From Callorhinchus milii (taxonomy: Eukaryota): DNA of 64,000 nucleotides. Shown in pieces: positions 1 to 12,696 of the stretch (position 1 is the first letter of the stretch; the number at the start of each line of letters is the position of its first letter). Location: contig NW_024704743.1 in assembly GCF_018977255.1 (NCBI RefSeq), positions 26,724,001-26,788,000 on the forward strand. Direction: 5' to 3'. The position numbers were made by a program, and so were the translations under genes. Under the pieces are notes generated by a model. The model saw nothing but the letters and a program-made list of their open reading frames with translations, had not been told where the DNA came from and made no database searches.

Positions 1-25
1 CTGTCCCCAGCACAAAATACTGTCA

Positions 26-67
26 GTGTGTGTGTGTGTGTGCGTACGTGCATGCGTGCGTGTGTGT
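26..67. repeat. (TG)n microsatellite with degenerate (TGCG)n core
   Basis: gtgtgtgtgtgtgtgtgcgtacgtgcatgcgtgcgtgtgtgt. Confidence 0.9.
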
Positions 68-455
68 CTTGGTAGCCCTGAAGCCAGACATCTCTCTTTT
101 TCATTTAAGTAGTTATGCACATAAATAAAATAATGCTTGCATTTGATATAGCGCCTAATAAGGCTAAAACAGCTTCATAGGCAATTGCTGTCAAGTGCAA
201 TGACAAAGTTTAGAGGAAAACACGGCCACCATTTGAAGCCTGGCTTTACCAACAGCAACACAGTAAATAATCATTTTATTATTAGAATCCAAGGGATTCT
301 CTCCCTTTAACCTCTCCACCTCCCGCAGAGGCTTTGGTACAATGGAAGATTCTGAGCAAACATCCTGCTACCAAAATTCACTTTTCTAAAACAAAGTTGA
401 TTTCCTGTAGTGTTTTTTTTAAACCAAACTCTGCTGGGTTGTTTAAAGGGAATAC

Positions 456-520
456 AGCAACAACAACAACAACAACTTGCATTTATACAGCCCCTCACAC
501 AGGGTAGCATCCCAGAGCGG
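456..520 (-). mobile_element. L2 LINE 3' tail fragment (tail type C)
   Basis: Minus strand reads ctctgggatgctaccctgtgtgaggggctgtataaatgcaag(ttg)n; same tail ends the L2 coding fragment at 58417-58668. Confidence 0.75.
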
Positions 521-700
521 TTAGCGGGCTAAGTGGGAGCAGAGATCTCAGGAGCTGCATTGAGAAAACGCTGAGTGAATTTATCACTGGTCAACTTGGA
601 AACCATTTTCATACACACGCCAACGCTAATTAAAACAAAGAATGGGTTAAGGAACAACACAGAATTTACCCTACAGAATTATAGATTGTTTAAAGCACAG

Positions 701-1131
701 AATATAATAATAATCCTTGCATTTGATATAGCGCCTTATGACGTTTTTGAGATATCTCAAAGCGCTTCACTGAATATACTGTATAGTGAATTGACTATCT
801 TTCGAGGGTGAAATGTGGCAGCCAATTGCGCACAACAGTATCCCAAAAACAAGCGTGGATTGATTGACCAAATTATTATTATTTTTTTCAAGGGATTATT
901 ACTCGGAAAAGCGATCCTTTAATTGACTAACAACTGGGTTCCTACTTACAGCTATGTAAACAACAACAAATTGCATTTGTATAGTGCCTTTCATTTCAGG
1001 AGGACGTCCCAAGGTGCTGGAGAGGAATGTGGAGTATGGAAACTTGTCCAATGTTTTGCCCTGCCCGGGAATCAAACCTAGGTACTCTTATTTGTGGGGC
1101 GAGTGCTCTAACCACTAAGCTACAGGACTCC
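701..1131 (-). mobile_element. Young tRNA-derived SINE, long form, interrupted by an L2 tail
   Basis: Head (ggagtcctgtagcttagtggttagagcactcg) ends at 1131; Deu-like core and (att)n tail at 701; collinear with 19566-19941 except for the insertion at 961-1020. Confidence 0.9.
961..1020 (-). mobile_element. Tail-only L2 insertion (tail type B)
   Basis: caacaacaaattgcatttgtatagtgcctttcatttcaggaggacgtcccaaggtgctgg splits the SINE sequence aaac|agagg. Confidence 0.8.
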
Positions 1132-1134
1132 TTG

Positions 1135-1555
1135 ACCTACAAACCACAGACCATTCGGTCTACCGTTTCTGTGCTTTTACTAACTACCCCACTGGAATTA
1201 TTGATACTCATTCTATTTCCCAGCTCTTTCCCCGTGAATTTTAATTTTGTTTATCCTCAACTTTTTGTTTTATTCCTTTTAAAATGCTGGTATCGTCTCA
1301 GTTTCAACAGCCATTTGTAATAAGGGAATCCATATCCTAACAGCCCCTCCATGTAAAAAAATGAATTCTTTAACAAACTCCTTTTTGTTTTCAGTAATAA
1401 TTCTCGATTCAGACTTAAAATTTTACAGCATGGAAACAGGCCATTCAGCCCAATTAGTCTGTGCTCGTGTTATACTCCACAAGAGCTTCCATCCCTCCTC
1501 ATCCCCTCTCCCATATCTCTCCATTCCCTTCTCTTTCATGTGTAGTCTCTTAAAT
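1135..1555 (-). mobile_element. Old CR1 3' end fragments (two)
   Basis: gaccattcggtc and ggccattcagccc are reverse complements of the CR1-type terminal motif gggccgaatggcc, followed by degenerate ORF2-end/3'UTR sequence; similar to 32960-33370 and 62475-62650. Confidence 0.55.
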
Positions 1556-3365
1556 AAATACAATGCTTGAATTTGATATAGTTCCTTTCACGTCAGGAGG
1601 ACTGCCGCTAGGCACTTCGTGGGTTATACTTTAAAGTGTAGTCACTACGTATTTTGTAGGCAAAAGCAGCAGCCACATTACACATAGCTATGCCCCACAA
1701 ACAGCCGTAAAGTGAAGGACTTGTTAACTCAAAAGTTTGAGGCTGTTTTTGCTGCAGCAAAGATTAAAGGGAAAATTAAATGGGGACTTCCAAAATTATG
1801 AATGGTCAAATAGAAAGAGAATATTTTGACTGATTCAGCTACATGAGTTCAAGCATCATATGACCATTAACTCATTCTTATCTGCGGAGCAACGTTTTGT
1901 TGGTACTTTAATTTGGTGAGACAAGCGATCATTGTCTAGACTGATAGTTCAGTATAATATGGGAGAGATCTGTATTGTTGTGGTGCCATCAATCAGATGA
2001 AGCATAAGCCAAAGCCTCACCTGCCTGTTCTCTGCTCGACCTTGACATGACACTATTAAGCAAGTCACAGAAGTTTCTTCTGTGCTTCTTCTGTATTCTT
2101 GATTAACAATCTTCCAGGTTAATTTGTCATTCATCACCTTCTTGTTTGTGAGAATGGGATATACAGTAATAATAATAGTAATGTTAATCATTGCATTTGA
2201 TGGTGCCTCACGTTGTTGAAACAGTCATAAATAATATAATCCTTGCAATGGATATAACACCTTTCAAGTCGGGAGGACAACCCTAGGTGCTGAACAGTCA
2301 GGGATTAGGACCTGAGTGGGGAGGTGGGGTGGGGGGTTGGGATCAGGGAGGGTGGATAGCTAAGAGGGTAGGAGAGTGGCCAAAGTCATGGTTGAAGAGA
2401 TGCCTTTGGCCATGTTATAAACACTCAGATATATCACTGCGTTTCACAGGATTTATTGTAAAGTGTAGTGACTGTGTATTTGTAGGCAAATGGGGCAGGC
2501 AATTTGTGTACAGCAATAAACAGCCCCATAAACAGCCTTGAGGTGAATGACCAAGTTTTTTATTCTGAGGGACTGTTGCTTAGGATATCAGAATAAATTC
2601 CCTTCTGTTTCTGAATAGTGTCAAGGGAACTTTAACATCCACCGGTTGCATGAATTGCTTGTGAAGTGCTTTGAGATGTTTCAAACACTATAAATGTACA
2701 CCTTCTTCCTTACAGGAAACTGCAGGTGCTGCAGATATTTTCATATGTTAGATCTGTCAGATCCTTTAGGACAAATGCAAACTGCTCTGAATGATTTTTG
2801 GGTGAGGATTAGTTTTACAAGTAGTTAGTAAGTCATTTACATAACCAGGATAATTTGCTGCGCTAGGTATATGACCTTCTGAATACAATCTGCCAACTAC
2901 GTGATTTTAATATTTCCTTCCTGCTTTTATCTGACATTATTTTCCTTGCCACTTTTTTGCAATAAAATGATAAGTGAGTCAGGGAGACAGCAAGAGACCC
3001 AATGGAATAAGGAAAAAAATTAAAATAAAGTAAACACAAAAGACTTGATATAGTAACTTTGTGATGCATCAAATAAGAACATAGATGACGTTGATGTAAG
3101 TTGGTTTCTGACTTAGATAGTGAAAGCAGAACTGGAGGGCAAAGGATTAGTATAAAATGCCTCATGTAGGAAGTGAATTTTTCCCAAGGAGGAAAGGAAA
3201 ATAGCGCACAACAAAAGTAGATGATGTGCAATAATTCATTCTCTCAAAAAGAACTGAATACGTATCTGCCTGAGAATGGTATTGCAGACTGAGATAAACA
3301 AAGTTTCAAGATTTCTGTGCTGCTGGGGCTGGTATATTGGGCGGAAGAGGGCCGGATGGAAAGGA

Positions 3366-3470
3366 CGACAACAACTTGCACTTATATTGCATCCCTCACG
3401 CAGAGCAGCATTCCAGAGAATATGACAGTGGCGGAGCACAAAGCTGAGCCGGGAAGAGGGGGAGGTGACT
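3366..3470 (-). mobile_element. L2 3' tail fragment (type C)
   Basis: acaacaacttgcacttatattgcatccctcacgcagagcagcattccagag followed by a G-rich antisense 3'UTR. Confidence 0.65.
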
Positions 3471-3479
3471 TTCCAACAT

Positions 3480-3630
3480 CCTCCAGATATGACGAAAGGT
3501 CATCGACCTGAAACGCTAACTCATTTTCCTTTCTTCTCTCCGTATATGCTGCCTAACCTCTTAAGTGTCCCCAGCAACTTCTGTTTTCATTTCAGATTTC
3601 CAGCTACTGCAGTATTTTGCCTTTTATTTT
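3480..3630 (+). mobile_element. Solo Penelope-like terminal repeat (pseudo-LTR) with degenerate hammerhead motif
   Basis: tgacgaaaggtcatcgacctgaaacgctaact...tgctgcctaacc...cagcaacttctgttttcatttcagatttccagctactgcagtattttg; homologous to the reverse complement of 42424-42570. Confidence 0.8.
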
Positions 3631-3857
3631 TCACAATTATTGTGCAGCTGCTTTCCCATTTGTTCCATTTGACGTAAGCTAATTTGGAGATATGAAAAAA
3701 GTTTTAATAAATAATGTAGAATTCCTTCGTAGAATTCCCTTCCACTTAAGGAAGCAGAAAGGCTCAATTGTGATTCTTTATTCTCTCAACTAAAGTTATA
3801 AGCCAATGAACTGACCTTTTTTTTGCGGTGCGAGGTCTGACACATGAGGAAATCTGT

Positions 3858-4230
3858 CAACAACAACAACAAAGTTACATTTGTAAAGCCTTTTATGTTG
3901 GGAGGACAACCCAAGGCACTGAACAATCAGGTATCAGGACCCAAGGGTGGGGGGGCAGAGTTGGGATGAGGGAGGACAGAGAGGGAGGAGGGCGGCTGAA
4001 GGCACAGTCAAAAATGAAGGTCTTGAGTCGTGCCTTGAAGGAGGCAAGGAAGGGAGCCAGGTGAAAGGACTGTGGGATGGAGATCCAGAGGGTGGGGGCA
4101 GGCTGCCGATGATAGGGCGGGTTGCGCGGGAGACATGGAGCAGGCCGGAACGGAGGAAGTGGAAAGGTTGATAGGGGGTTAGCAAGTCAGTGAGGTAGGA
4201 GGGAGTAAGGCCGTGGAGGGCCTTGAAAAT
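3858..4230 (-). mobile_element. L2 3' fragment (type B tail)
   Basis: (caa)n tail at 3858; the minus-strand ORF 3934..4185 gives LRSGLLHVSRATRPIIG, resembling the L2 ORF2 C-terminus. Confidence 0.85.
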
Positions 4231-4678
4231 GTATCATACTTAAGAGTATCCAAACCAAACTGAGAATTCAATGCCAAAGAACTGATGATGTGTTCTGTCT
4301 CTTATATGCTGAAGAGTTGCTTAGACTCAAAAGTTTGGGTCTAACATGGTTAAGTGTATATAACTGATAACAACTGGAACAGAAGTAAAAATGACTTTGT
4401 TTTCTTTTCTGTATTTTCTTTCAAAGAATAATGTAGGCAAAAACCCCATTGAATCCTATGTTTTTACAACAGTGTATTCATTCGAGCAAAGGAGATCATT
4501 TGTGCTTTGTAAGCTGATCCATCAAAACAGTTCCCTCTGGCACCAGATACCTTGGGGTCAACGGCTTACATTTTGCTGGATATACAGAACCACTCATTTG
4601 CGTTTTGTTATTTGGTTAATAATTCATTTCTATTACATTTCACATCACTTAATCAAAACCATCATAATGGAGGACTGT

Positions 4679-4988
4679 GGAGCCCTGTAGCTCAGTGGTT
4701 ACAGCACTCGCTTCACAAACGAGAGACCTGGGTTCAATTCCCAGCAGGGCGAAACCTTGGGCAAGTTTCCTTACTCTACACTCCTGATAATAATCCCTCA
4801 AGAAAAAAATATTAATAAAATTGGTCACTTCAATCCATGATTGTTTGTGGGACACTGCTGTGCGCAATTGGCTGCCGCATTTCATCCACAAATGTACACA
4901 ATTCACTTTACAGTATATTTTTGTGAAGCACTTTGAGACGTCTGGAAGACATGAAAAGCGCAATATCAAATGCAAGGATTACTATTAT
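4679..4988 (+). mobile_element. Young tRNA-derived SINE, short (internally deleted) form
   Basis: A box tagctcagtgg, B box ggttcaattcc, core tgtttgtgggacactgctgtgcgcaattggctgccgc, tail atatcaaatgcaaggattactatt. Confidence 0.92.
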
Positions 4989-5009
4989 AATCCTACAATT
5001 GACTCTTTA

Positions 5010-5410
5010 TCAGCTTGGCTCAATGCATAAAACTTTTACCTCTGGGCCACAAAATTGTGGCTTGGAGTCTAGGCTTAAACTCCATTACAATGCTGGGGGG
5101 AAGCTGTATTGCTGGAGGTGAAAAATTTAATACGAGACAATAAACTACCTGTTCAGATGGATATGAAAGATCTCTTGACATTAATTGAAAAAAGAAGGAA
5201 ATTCCTCCTGGTATCCTGGCCCACAATCTTCCAGTTAATTTGATCTTCCAGGCAGTTTGTGGAACCCTGCTGCTTGCAAATTATTTTTTACATTCATCTA
5301 CAAGTACAGTCATTACATTTAACAGTACAGTATATACCATGAAGCCTTTGAGACATTTCAATGCTCAATAAGATAATATGTCAAATGGACATATTATGCT
5401 TATTATTGTT
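5010..5410 (+). mobile_element. Old Deu-domain SINE (SacSINE1/AmnSINE1-like), degenerate
   Basis: cagcttggctcaatg head, cctgttcagatggatatgaaagatctc, tcctggtatcctggcc, gtttgtggaaccctgctg, degenerate tail. Confidence 0.7.
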
Positions 5411-5454
5411 ATATGACCTATTTGGAACTTATCTGGTTTGCAAAATACAAATTC

Positions 5455-5570
5455 AACGACAACAACTTGCATTTATATAGTGCCCTTCACGCGAGCCAAG
5501 CAGATACAACAACAACAACTCACATTTATGTAGCGCCCCTCACGCAGGGCAGTGTTCCGGAGTGCTTGAT
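5455..5570 (-). mobile_element. Two stacked L2 type-C tail fragments
   Basis: aacaacttgcatttatatagtgcccttcacg followed by acaacaacaactcacatttatgtagcgcccctcacgcagggc. Confidence 0.7.
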
Positions 5571-5971
5571 CTCTTCCGAGGCTTGAAATTCCGGATGATC
5601 TAAAAATTGAAAAATATTAAATTTTAACAGTTCGTAAATTCAGTTGTAATTTGGAAGCCAGTGTTCCGTAATTCTATGTGATTCGAAATTTTAAGAGGAA
5701 CAGTTATGCCATTTGAACACTTTATCAAACTCATTGATGAGACTCCTCTTTGATGCATTATTGTCTTGCTTTCAAGACTTTGAATTAAATGTTGAGACTC
5801 TTTGGATTTTATTGATCAAAAAAGAGGAATTCCCCATTTTGTGTGGAAATAATTAGATTCCTTTAAAATGGGAATATTGACTGCATTCAGTCATATACCT
5901 GATTTTTTTTAAAAACAAGATTTTATATTTTTTAAAGTCATATACCTAACAGCTTACTAATGAGGCGAGTT

Positions 5972-6291
5972 TAATAATAATAATAATCCTTGCATTTGAT
6001 ATAGCACTTTTCACGTTGGGAGGACGTCCCAAAGCACTTCACAGAACACACTGTAAAATTAATTGACTGTATATTTGTGGGCGAACGAGGCAGCCAATTG
6101 CACACAACAATGTCCCACAAACAGTCATATGGATTGAAAATGACCAATTTATTATTGTTTTGTTTTTCTGGAGGGATTATTATTAGGCGTGTGGAGTAAG
6201 GAAACTTGCCCAAGGTTTCGCTCTGCCTGGAATTGAACTCAGGTCTCTCACTTGCAAAGCGAGTGCGCTAACCACTGAGCCACAGGACTCC
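5972..6291 (-). mobile_element. Young tRNA-derived SINE, short form
   Basis: Complete head-to-tail copy; very similar to 47596-47871 and 49722-50033. Confidence 0.92.
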
Positions 6292-9200
6292 ATTGTTTAA
6301 ACAGTGCTTTACGTTCCAACACAGTGGGACTTTAATATATCTTACTTTACTTAGTTAGAGAAATCATTAACTAGCAACCAGAAGCATGGACTTGGCAATT
6401 GTTTGATTTAAACAGGAAAAAAATATTTATGACAAACACACAGTGATGCTTTACAGGCTTACTTATGTTCACATAGAAAATATGTGAATTATTTATTAAA
6501 TGCATTGGATTTTAAAAACATTCAGTTCAGAATTTTTAATTAATTTTATGGAGGGGAGTTTCCAAAGGTGCTCCGTTCAATGAAAACCTGCTTGGTCTCG
6601 TTGGGGTAATTTAGACTTCCAATCCCTGTCACTGTAAATTATTGGAATGAGCATCTTCTTCACTCCCCATCGCGACAGTGGTTCAGCCTATGTGCTTGTC
6701 TCAAAACAATTTTTATTATATGAGCTGATTAAAATTATTTACTTTCATTGATTGGATTGCAGAGTTATGGCAGATTCTGGAGGTGGAAAGCATTAAAGAG
6801 GTAGATGGGAATCCAACTCTCACTGTCATTAAAATGGTCCACAGAAATCATATTTCGGGCTTTTAGCTTCTAAAATTTACTTGCATGGAATGCTCTTGCT
6901 CAGCGATGCTTTAAAGTTTGCCACAGATATATGAAAATCAAAATTAATATGATCAGCAAAGAGTCACTTTGAGGTGAACAGAACAGCCCAGTAATAGTAG
7001 GTGTGCACCCATTAAATATATCGGACATACCTGGTCTAACAGAGACATGTGAAAAATTTTCAGCAATCCCTTATTAATAACAAGCAATTAAGTTGCAGCA
7101 AGGAGGAGCAGTAAAGCAAAACAAGGAGTATTGCAGCAAATACATTTGCTTTAATCGTGGTTTTACACTTATCTAAATTATGTGACCGGCTCGTTCTTTC
7201 ATCTTAGAAGAATTATGGCATTCCAAGAAGCGAAAAAAAAACATTTTTTTCTTTGGACAGATGATCTGATCTGCAGCATGAGAAGATATCTGACTGCTGA
7301 CTGTGAGTTATGATGCTACTTTCACAAGTACGAGAAACCCATAACTCACTGTTGCCTCAGGCACAAAATGAATTATGATCATCCTTCAGCAATGTGAAAA
7401 AAACTGGCGATGATGAGGGAGGGTGAGATATCTGATTTATTTAATGGGTGCATGACTACTATTCAGGGGCAGTGCTGCTCATTGCACAATGACCCATTCT
7501 CTGATCATTTTGATTTTCACAAATTTGAATTAAAATCACCCACTGGTTATGGTGACATCTTCCAAGGGATTCATGATAGTTTGGATACATCTTATTATTT
7601 TACTGAGAAGTACAGAACTTTTCAAATTGAAATGGTTTTTGCCCTCAACACACTGTATACATCGAAAGAATGAGGTTATAAATTCCTGTTTTATTTTCTC
7701 TTCTCTAACCCACAATGCCGTATCTTAGTGAATGGCACTCCTCTTAAAACCATTAAGGTCCCTGACATATCATGGCTAGAAAGTGCAACATAAACAATGT
7801 TTGCTCTAGGGAATCCCGTATATATATATGTATATATATTGCTCTTGGCAACCCCCAAGAACTGAACTCTGAGAAAACCTTGAAATTGGAGCCAAGGTCT
7901 CATAAGTCAACATGACTTACAGGTGATACCCTGCAGAAAACAGAGTTCATGTTATAAAGTGCATTTTCAAGGGTCAAGGTACCAGTCCCACTTCCACTTT
8001 CGAGAGAATCCTGTTTGATCCCCTGCTACAGAGCATTATGTTTTTCTTAAATCTACCAAAATGAGGTACTTCAAAAGCAGACAATAAGAAGCAGATTGTT
8101 TTTCCATGTCTCCCCCTCCCCCCTGCAGCCTTAATTTTAATAGGATAGGAAAATTTGTGTAACATAGCATCTTAATGTATCTCCAAGATGGGTCTACGGA
8201 ACTGCCTTTCAGCTCAACTCTTTCAGCACATAATGATGGTAATAACAATAATAATAATCCTTGAATTTGATTTGGCGTCTTATCATGTCATTGAGATGTC
8301 TCAAAACGCTCCACAGGATATATTGCAAAGTAATACGGCTATGAGTATTTTGTGCACAGCACTGCCTCACAAACAGCCATCAATTTTAATTGTTGGCCTT
8401 CGTACCAGCAGAAACTCCCTTCAGAAAGATGAAGGAAGAAAATTTAGCAGAAAAAAGTAAAAATTGCAAAGTAAAAAAAAATCACCTGTTATATGACAAA
8501 ACCAAGACATTCCGTTAATACAGTATAATCAGGTTGCTCACTGAATACAAAGATGGACAGAGAAGTAATCTTTGTGGAGCTCAATCTCTATTGAACATAA
8601 AAGCCTGTTGGTTGAAGCAGTGACCTCAGTTGAGCATCAGGGAGTATTTGAGCTAGTGCAAGATGAATATTACTGCAAATAACTGAATACTACTGGGGAT
8701 TCAAACCCTGGTCCTGAATCTAACACTGAACCAACTGAGCTCCTGGATGGTGAAGCAATTGAAGATAGCTTTGTGATCTGATATGAAGATTCATTGTACA
8801 TTCAGATGACTCAGAACTGAATAGTTGGTTGAAAGTGATTCTGTTCGAATCTGTGTCTGACTGCAATATCAACATGCAAAGAATATTGTTGCTTAGCAAC
8901 CGATACTGAGCTGACTGCACTCTGAGTGGTATTTGAATGTTAATCATTGGAAATAAGATTCAATGGGCTCCTCTTCTTATATACTGTTATTTGTTGTAAC
9001 CTGAGTTGATCCTAAGAAGGATTTGTTGCTGGTAGCTTTTTGCTTAGGCAGTCAAATCAGAAAAATTGCAGAACTCAGTTTTTACTATTGGATGTTGTTG
9101 GCTTGGGCATTTTTGAAGGTACTAAAATGCCATTAGAGCGCTCTGGTGGCAGTTGAAGGAGATTCATTAATGGGGTGCATCTTACACTGATAACTAGAAT

Positions 9201-10624
9201 AAAGCACAGTACAAAGATAGAAAGAAAAGATTGCTGTAATGCAGTGCGACTGCGAAATGAATCAAAGGAAGATAGAGGGATAGAAAAATAGACATAGGCA
9301 TCATGGTAGGTAATACACAGATTGCTTTGTGACCAGCCAGCCTGGGTTTTAAGAAGACTTGGAAGGGCATTTACTGGGAGCATTTTCTAAAAGCTTGCCA
9401 GTGTTCAGAGTGACAAGCTGCCCTGCGTTAGTTGGTTAAAATCCAGTAGTACCCTACCACACCAGACTCAGGGGAGCCTAATGCTCTCCACAATTAGGTG
9501 AGAAATGTGCTTCCCTGCAAAAAGCCAGACAAACACACTCCATTTCAGATAAACAGGAGTTTCTATGCATATGTAGACCATTCAGTAGTTTGTATTACTT
9601 GGGTTGAAGTACGGTGATGGGTTTCTGCATTCATCAGTCATCTGGCTGACCAAAATGTCAACACAGATTGCAATCATGAGACATGGCCGCTTAGAAACCA
9701 TGAAATGCTTTGAGACATCTCGAAGACACGATAAGGCTCTATATCAAATTCAAAAGATTATTATTATTATTATGATGAAATCAGTTGCTGGCAGGCAAAT
9801 ACCAAATGATGTTACACTGCTAAGTTATTAACTCTCATGCAAAGGCCACACTATCTGCTTATGAGCTGATTCTTACCTCTGGTTTTCACTTACAAACTAC
9901 TTCCAGGAGAATAAGCCATGTTGAATTAGTTTCTTGTTGTGCCTCCATAGGTATCGCAGCCAACACCTTATACCCATGGTGGAGAGCACATCTCTGGCAT
10001 GCGAGAGCTTTTCGTACTCCAATTGGCTACTCCCCATCACCTCACTTAGCCTCACCCTCTTTTAGATGCTTTCTGACAGATCGTTGGTACCTGTGTGTCC
10101 CAACATAATTCAACGACTCATAAAAGTTGTGTTTATGTGATAGTGGAAGAAAATCAGAGAGAAACTATATTAAGGTGGCTTGGATAGTGGAAACTGTTGA
10201 TAAATATCAAGAAAAACACATGTAATTAACTTATTTTCCAATGGAGTTCCACAATTGTCTAATAATTCGACTTAAATGTAAATATTTTTCTGGTTAAATT
10301 CTTTCCTCGTGGCTGAAATAAATGTTTCCTGTGTTTAGCAGAGTTTACTTTCCTCCATTATTTACACCTTAGATCTGCTGGTTTCTGAGCCACTCAGTTT
10401 GTATCTTCTTCACGTACAGTAGATCATTTCCAGTTAGGCACTGTCTGCTTTCAGCTGTTTAAACATTTAGTTACGGCTTGTTTAATTCACAAGTTTTAAT
10501 TGAAGAGATTTGAGAAATAAGCTGACCTAGATGCAGTTGTTTGGGCTAAAGAATCTTTAACACCAGGAGCTATCACTAATGCATGTATTCTGACGGAAAT
10601 CAAATAATTAAATTTCAATTAGAT

Positions 10625-11055
10625 GTTGGCTTAGCTCAGTTGGCAGAATTCTGACCCCTGGGTTAAAAATTTGTGGATTCAAGCTCTATGTTGGTACTTC
10701 AGCTCATTATCTCAGCTGATACTGCATTGCAGTACTTGGAGAGCGCTGATTTGTTGAAAGTGCCATTCTTCAGATGAAGCATTGAACTGAGCTCCTATCT
10801 GCCTGTTCAGGTGAATGTTGAAGATCCCATGGCGCTATTTGAAAAGAGAAACAAGTTCCTTCTAATATCTTGGCCAACAATCCCTTAAATAAAATTAATC
10901 ATTCACTTCCAGGGCTGTTTGTGGGGCATTGCTGTGCTCTAATTGGTTGCCACATTTGCCTGCAAATATAGTCCCTATACTTATCAGTAAAATCCTATGA
11001 AATGCTTTGAGTTGTTTTAACGGTGTGATAAGGTGCTATATCAAATGCAGTGATT
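10625..11055 (+). mobile_element. Old Deu-domain SINE (SacSINE1/AmnSINE1-like), full length
   Basis: ttagctcagttggcag head; gctgatactgcattgcagtact...cttcagatgaagcattgaactgag...tctgcctgttcaggtgaatgttgaagatcccatggc; ctgtttgtggggcattgctgtg; tail aaggtgctatatcaaatgc. Confidence 0.85.
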
Positions 11056-11199
11056 TGAATCAACCCTGATGTTTTTCTTCATATGTCTGATCTAATATAA
11101 TCCCATTCTCCTGATCTTTCTCAACACTCATTAAGCTTCCTCTTTTTCATGCACCTATCTAATTCCCCTTTAAAAGAATATTTTTTTTCTAAAATGTAG

Positions 11200-11630
11200 A
11201 GTGTCCAATTCTTTTTAACTTATTTTCCACCCACTGGCGTATCCCTCTCTGCTCCTAGTCTGGCCTAGTCTTGCTGGGATGCACTTCCATGGGCAATGTT
11301 TGGCCTCCAGTACTCTGCCTGAGTGTCCATTGTTCATATATATGTCTTGGGATTGAATGTTGGCAAGCCACTTGACTGCAAAGGGGTTTGCAGCCAAACC
11401 TTACCTCCCTCTACCTAGTTGCCACACAACGTACAGCCAGTGGATGGTGCTATAGAGCGACCAGAAGTAGGAATTCTGTTTGGTTTTCTCCTCCATCACC
11501 CAAGGAATTGTGAAGCCAATCTAACCTCCCTGTGCAGCCCCAGCTGAGACCAGCAAATTGAGCAAAGACCGGGATTCAAACCAACTCCTGTTTCATAATT
11601 GCAGCTCTATCTATGAATCCATTGGGGATG
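11200..11630 (-). mobile_element. AmnSINE2-like ancient SINE
   Basis: Minus strand: gtttgaatcccggtctttgctcaatttgctggtctcagctgggg...attggcttcac...tgccaacattc...atgaacaatggacactcaggcagagtactggagg...cccatggaagtgcatcccagcaag; matches my recollection of AmnSINE2-type consensus; unlike the other SINEs here. Confidence 0.6.
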
Positions 11631-12696
11631 CAATGAAAAGGTTTTTGAAAGTCCTGTTTATACTCTGGATCTCACACTTTTCTCTAAGTGGGTGATCGGA
11701 AAAAAAAATACTGTCTGACCTTTGCTTGTGGGTTGAATACTGTATTCACAAGCAATGCAGATACATGATGTGCAACATGAAATAGTGTCACAGAGACTAA
11801 TCAGGCAGCGAAAATGTATGCAATAAGCATTATTTAATTGGCTGTGGAATACAGCCAACAGCACAAACTTATCTGGTTATTGAAAGGCAGACCTCAAAAC
11901 CCATTGAGTGGTTTCAATAAAAAATGAGAAATTATTTTTGCATTAAAGTTAGCATCAGTACTTCTTTCAAAGCTTATTTGTTATTTCAATGTTTTAATAT
12001 CTCTGCAACTCTTATTGAACTGGTGAGTATAATATATTTTCTCACTTTTTCATTCCAAAGTGAATTTAATTAAGACTGAATTATCTTTATAAAATCTCTT
12101 TAAAATGAAATTGTTGCAGTTTGATCTTACACTGTTATTTGGGGGCTTACATTTAGCAAAGTATGGTCTATCTTTATTGTAGGAACAGATCTCTTAATTA
12201 AGTTCTGGAATAAAAATCTGAATTCTTTATATTACTTTGGAAGCTCCCAGAGTTAATAACTACAGCTCTCTGACTGCAAACTGTATTCTTATTTGATTAA
12301 CTTCATATGAGATACCTGACAGTTGATTATGTCACATGAAAGTGATGTGACAGGTTTGAGATCTTCCAGTGCTAGTCCTTTCCTTTAACAGACCCCTAAA
12401 GGCAACAGTGACAGAAATAATGCTCTAACAGCAATTTTTTTCTTAACTACCTACTACGATAAAGACTTGTCACCAGTTGCTCTTGGTGACTTTTGCTCCT
12501 CTGAGCCGCTGATGAACAGTGAAAGGTGGAGCAGCACAAATGCATACTGAAAATCATGCAGTGTTATGCATAACATGCAAGTCCAACCATTGCTCCACGT
12601 ACCACCTTTTGGGAACATTTTGTGGCCCAAATGGACTTTTATGCGATTGATTAACACTTATGTCAGCAAATGGTTGTGTGGGTGCCATAATAACAA

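Noticed and set aside
2318..2355. G-quadruplex as a dedicated element
   Set aside because: The G-runs are the antisense of the C-rich L2 3'UTR next to a type-B tail.
9075..9200. Minus-strand terminal exon after a polypyrimidine tract
   Set aside because: The peptide (ISVRCTPLMNLLQLPPERSNGILVPSKMPKPTTSNSKN) is unrecognised and no partner exons were found.
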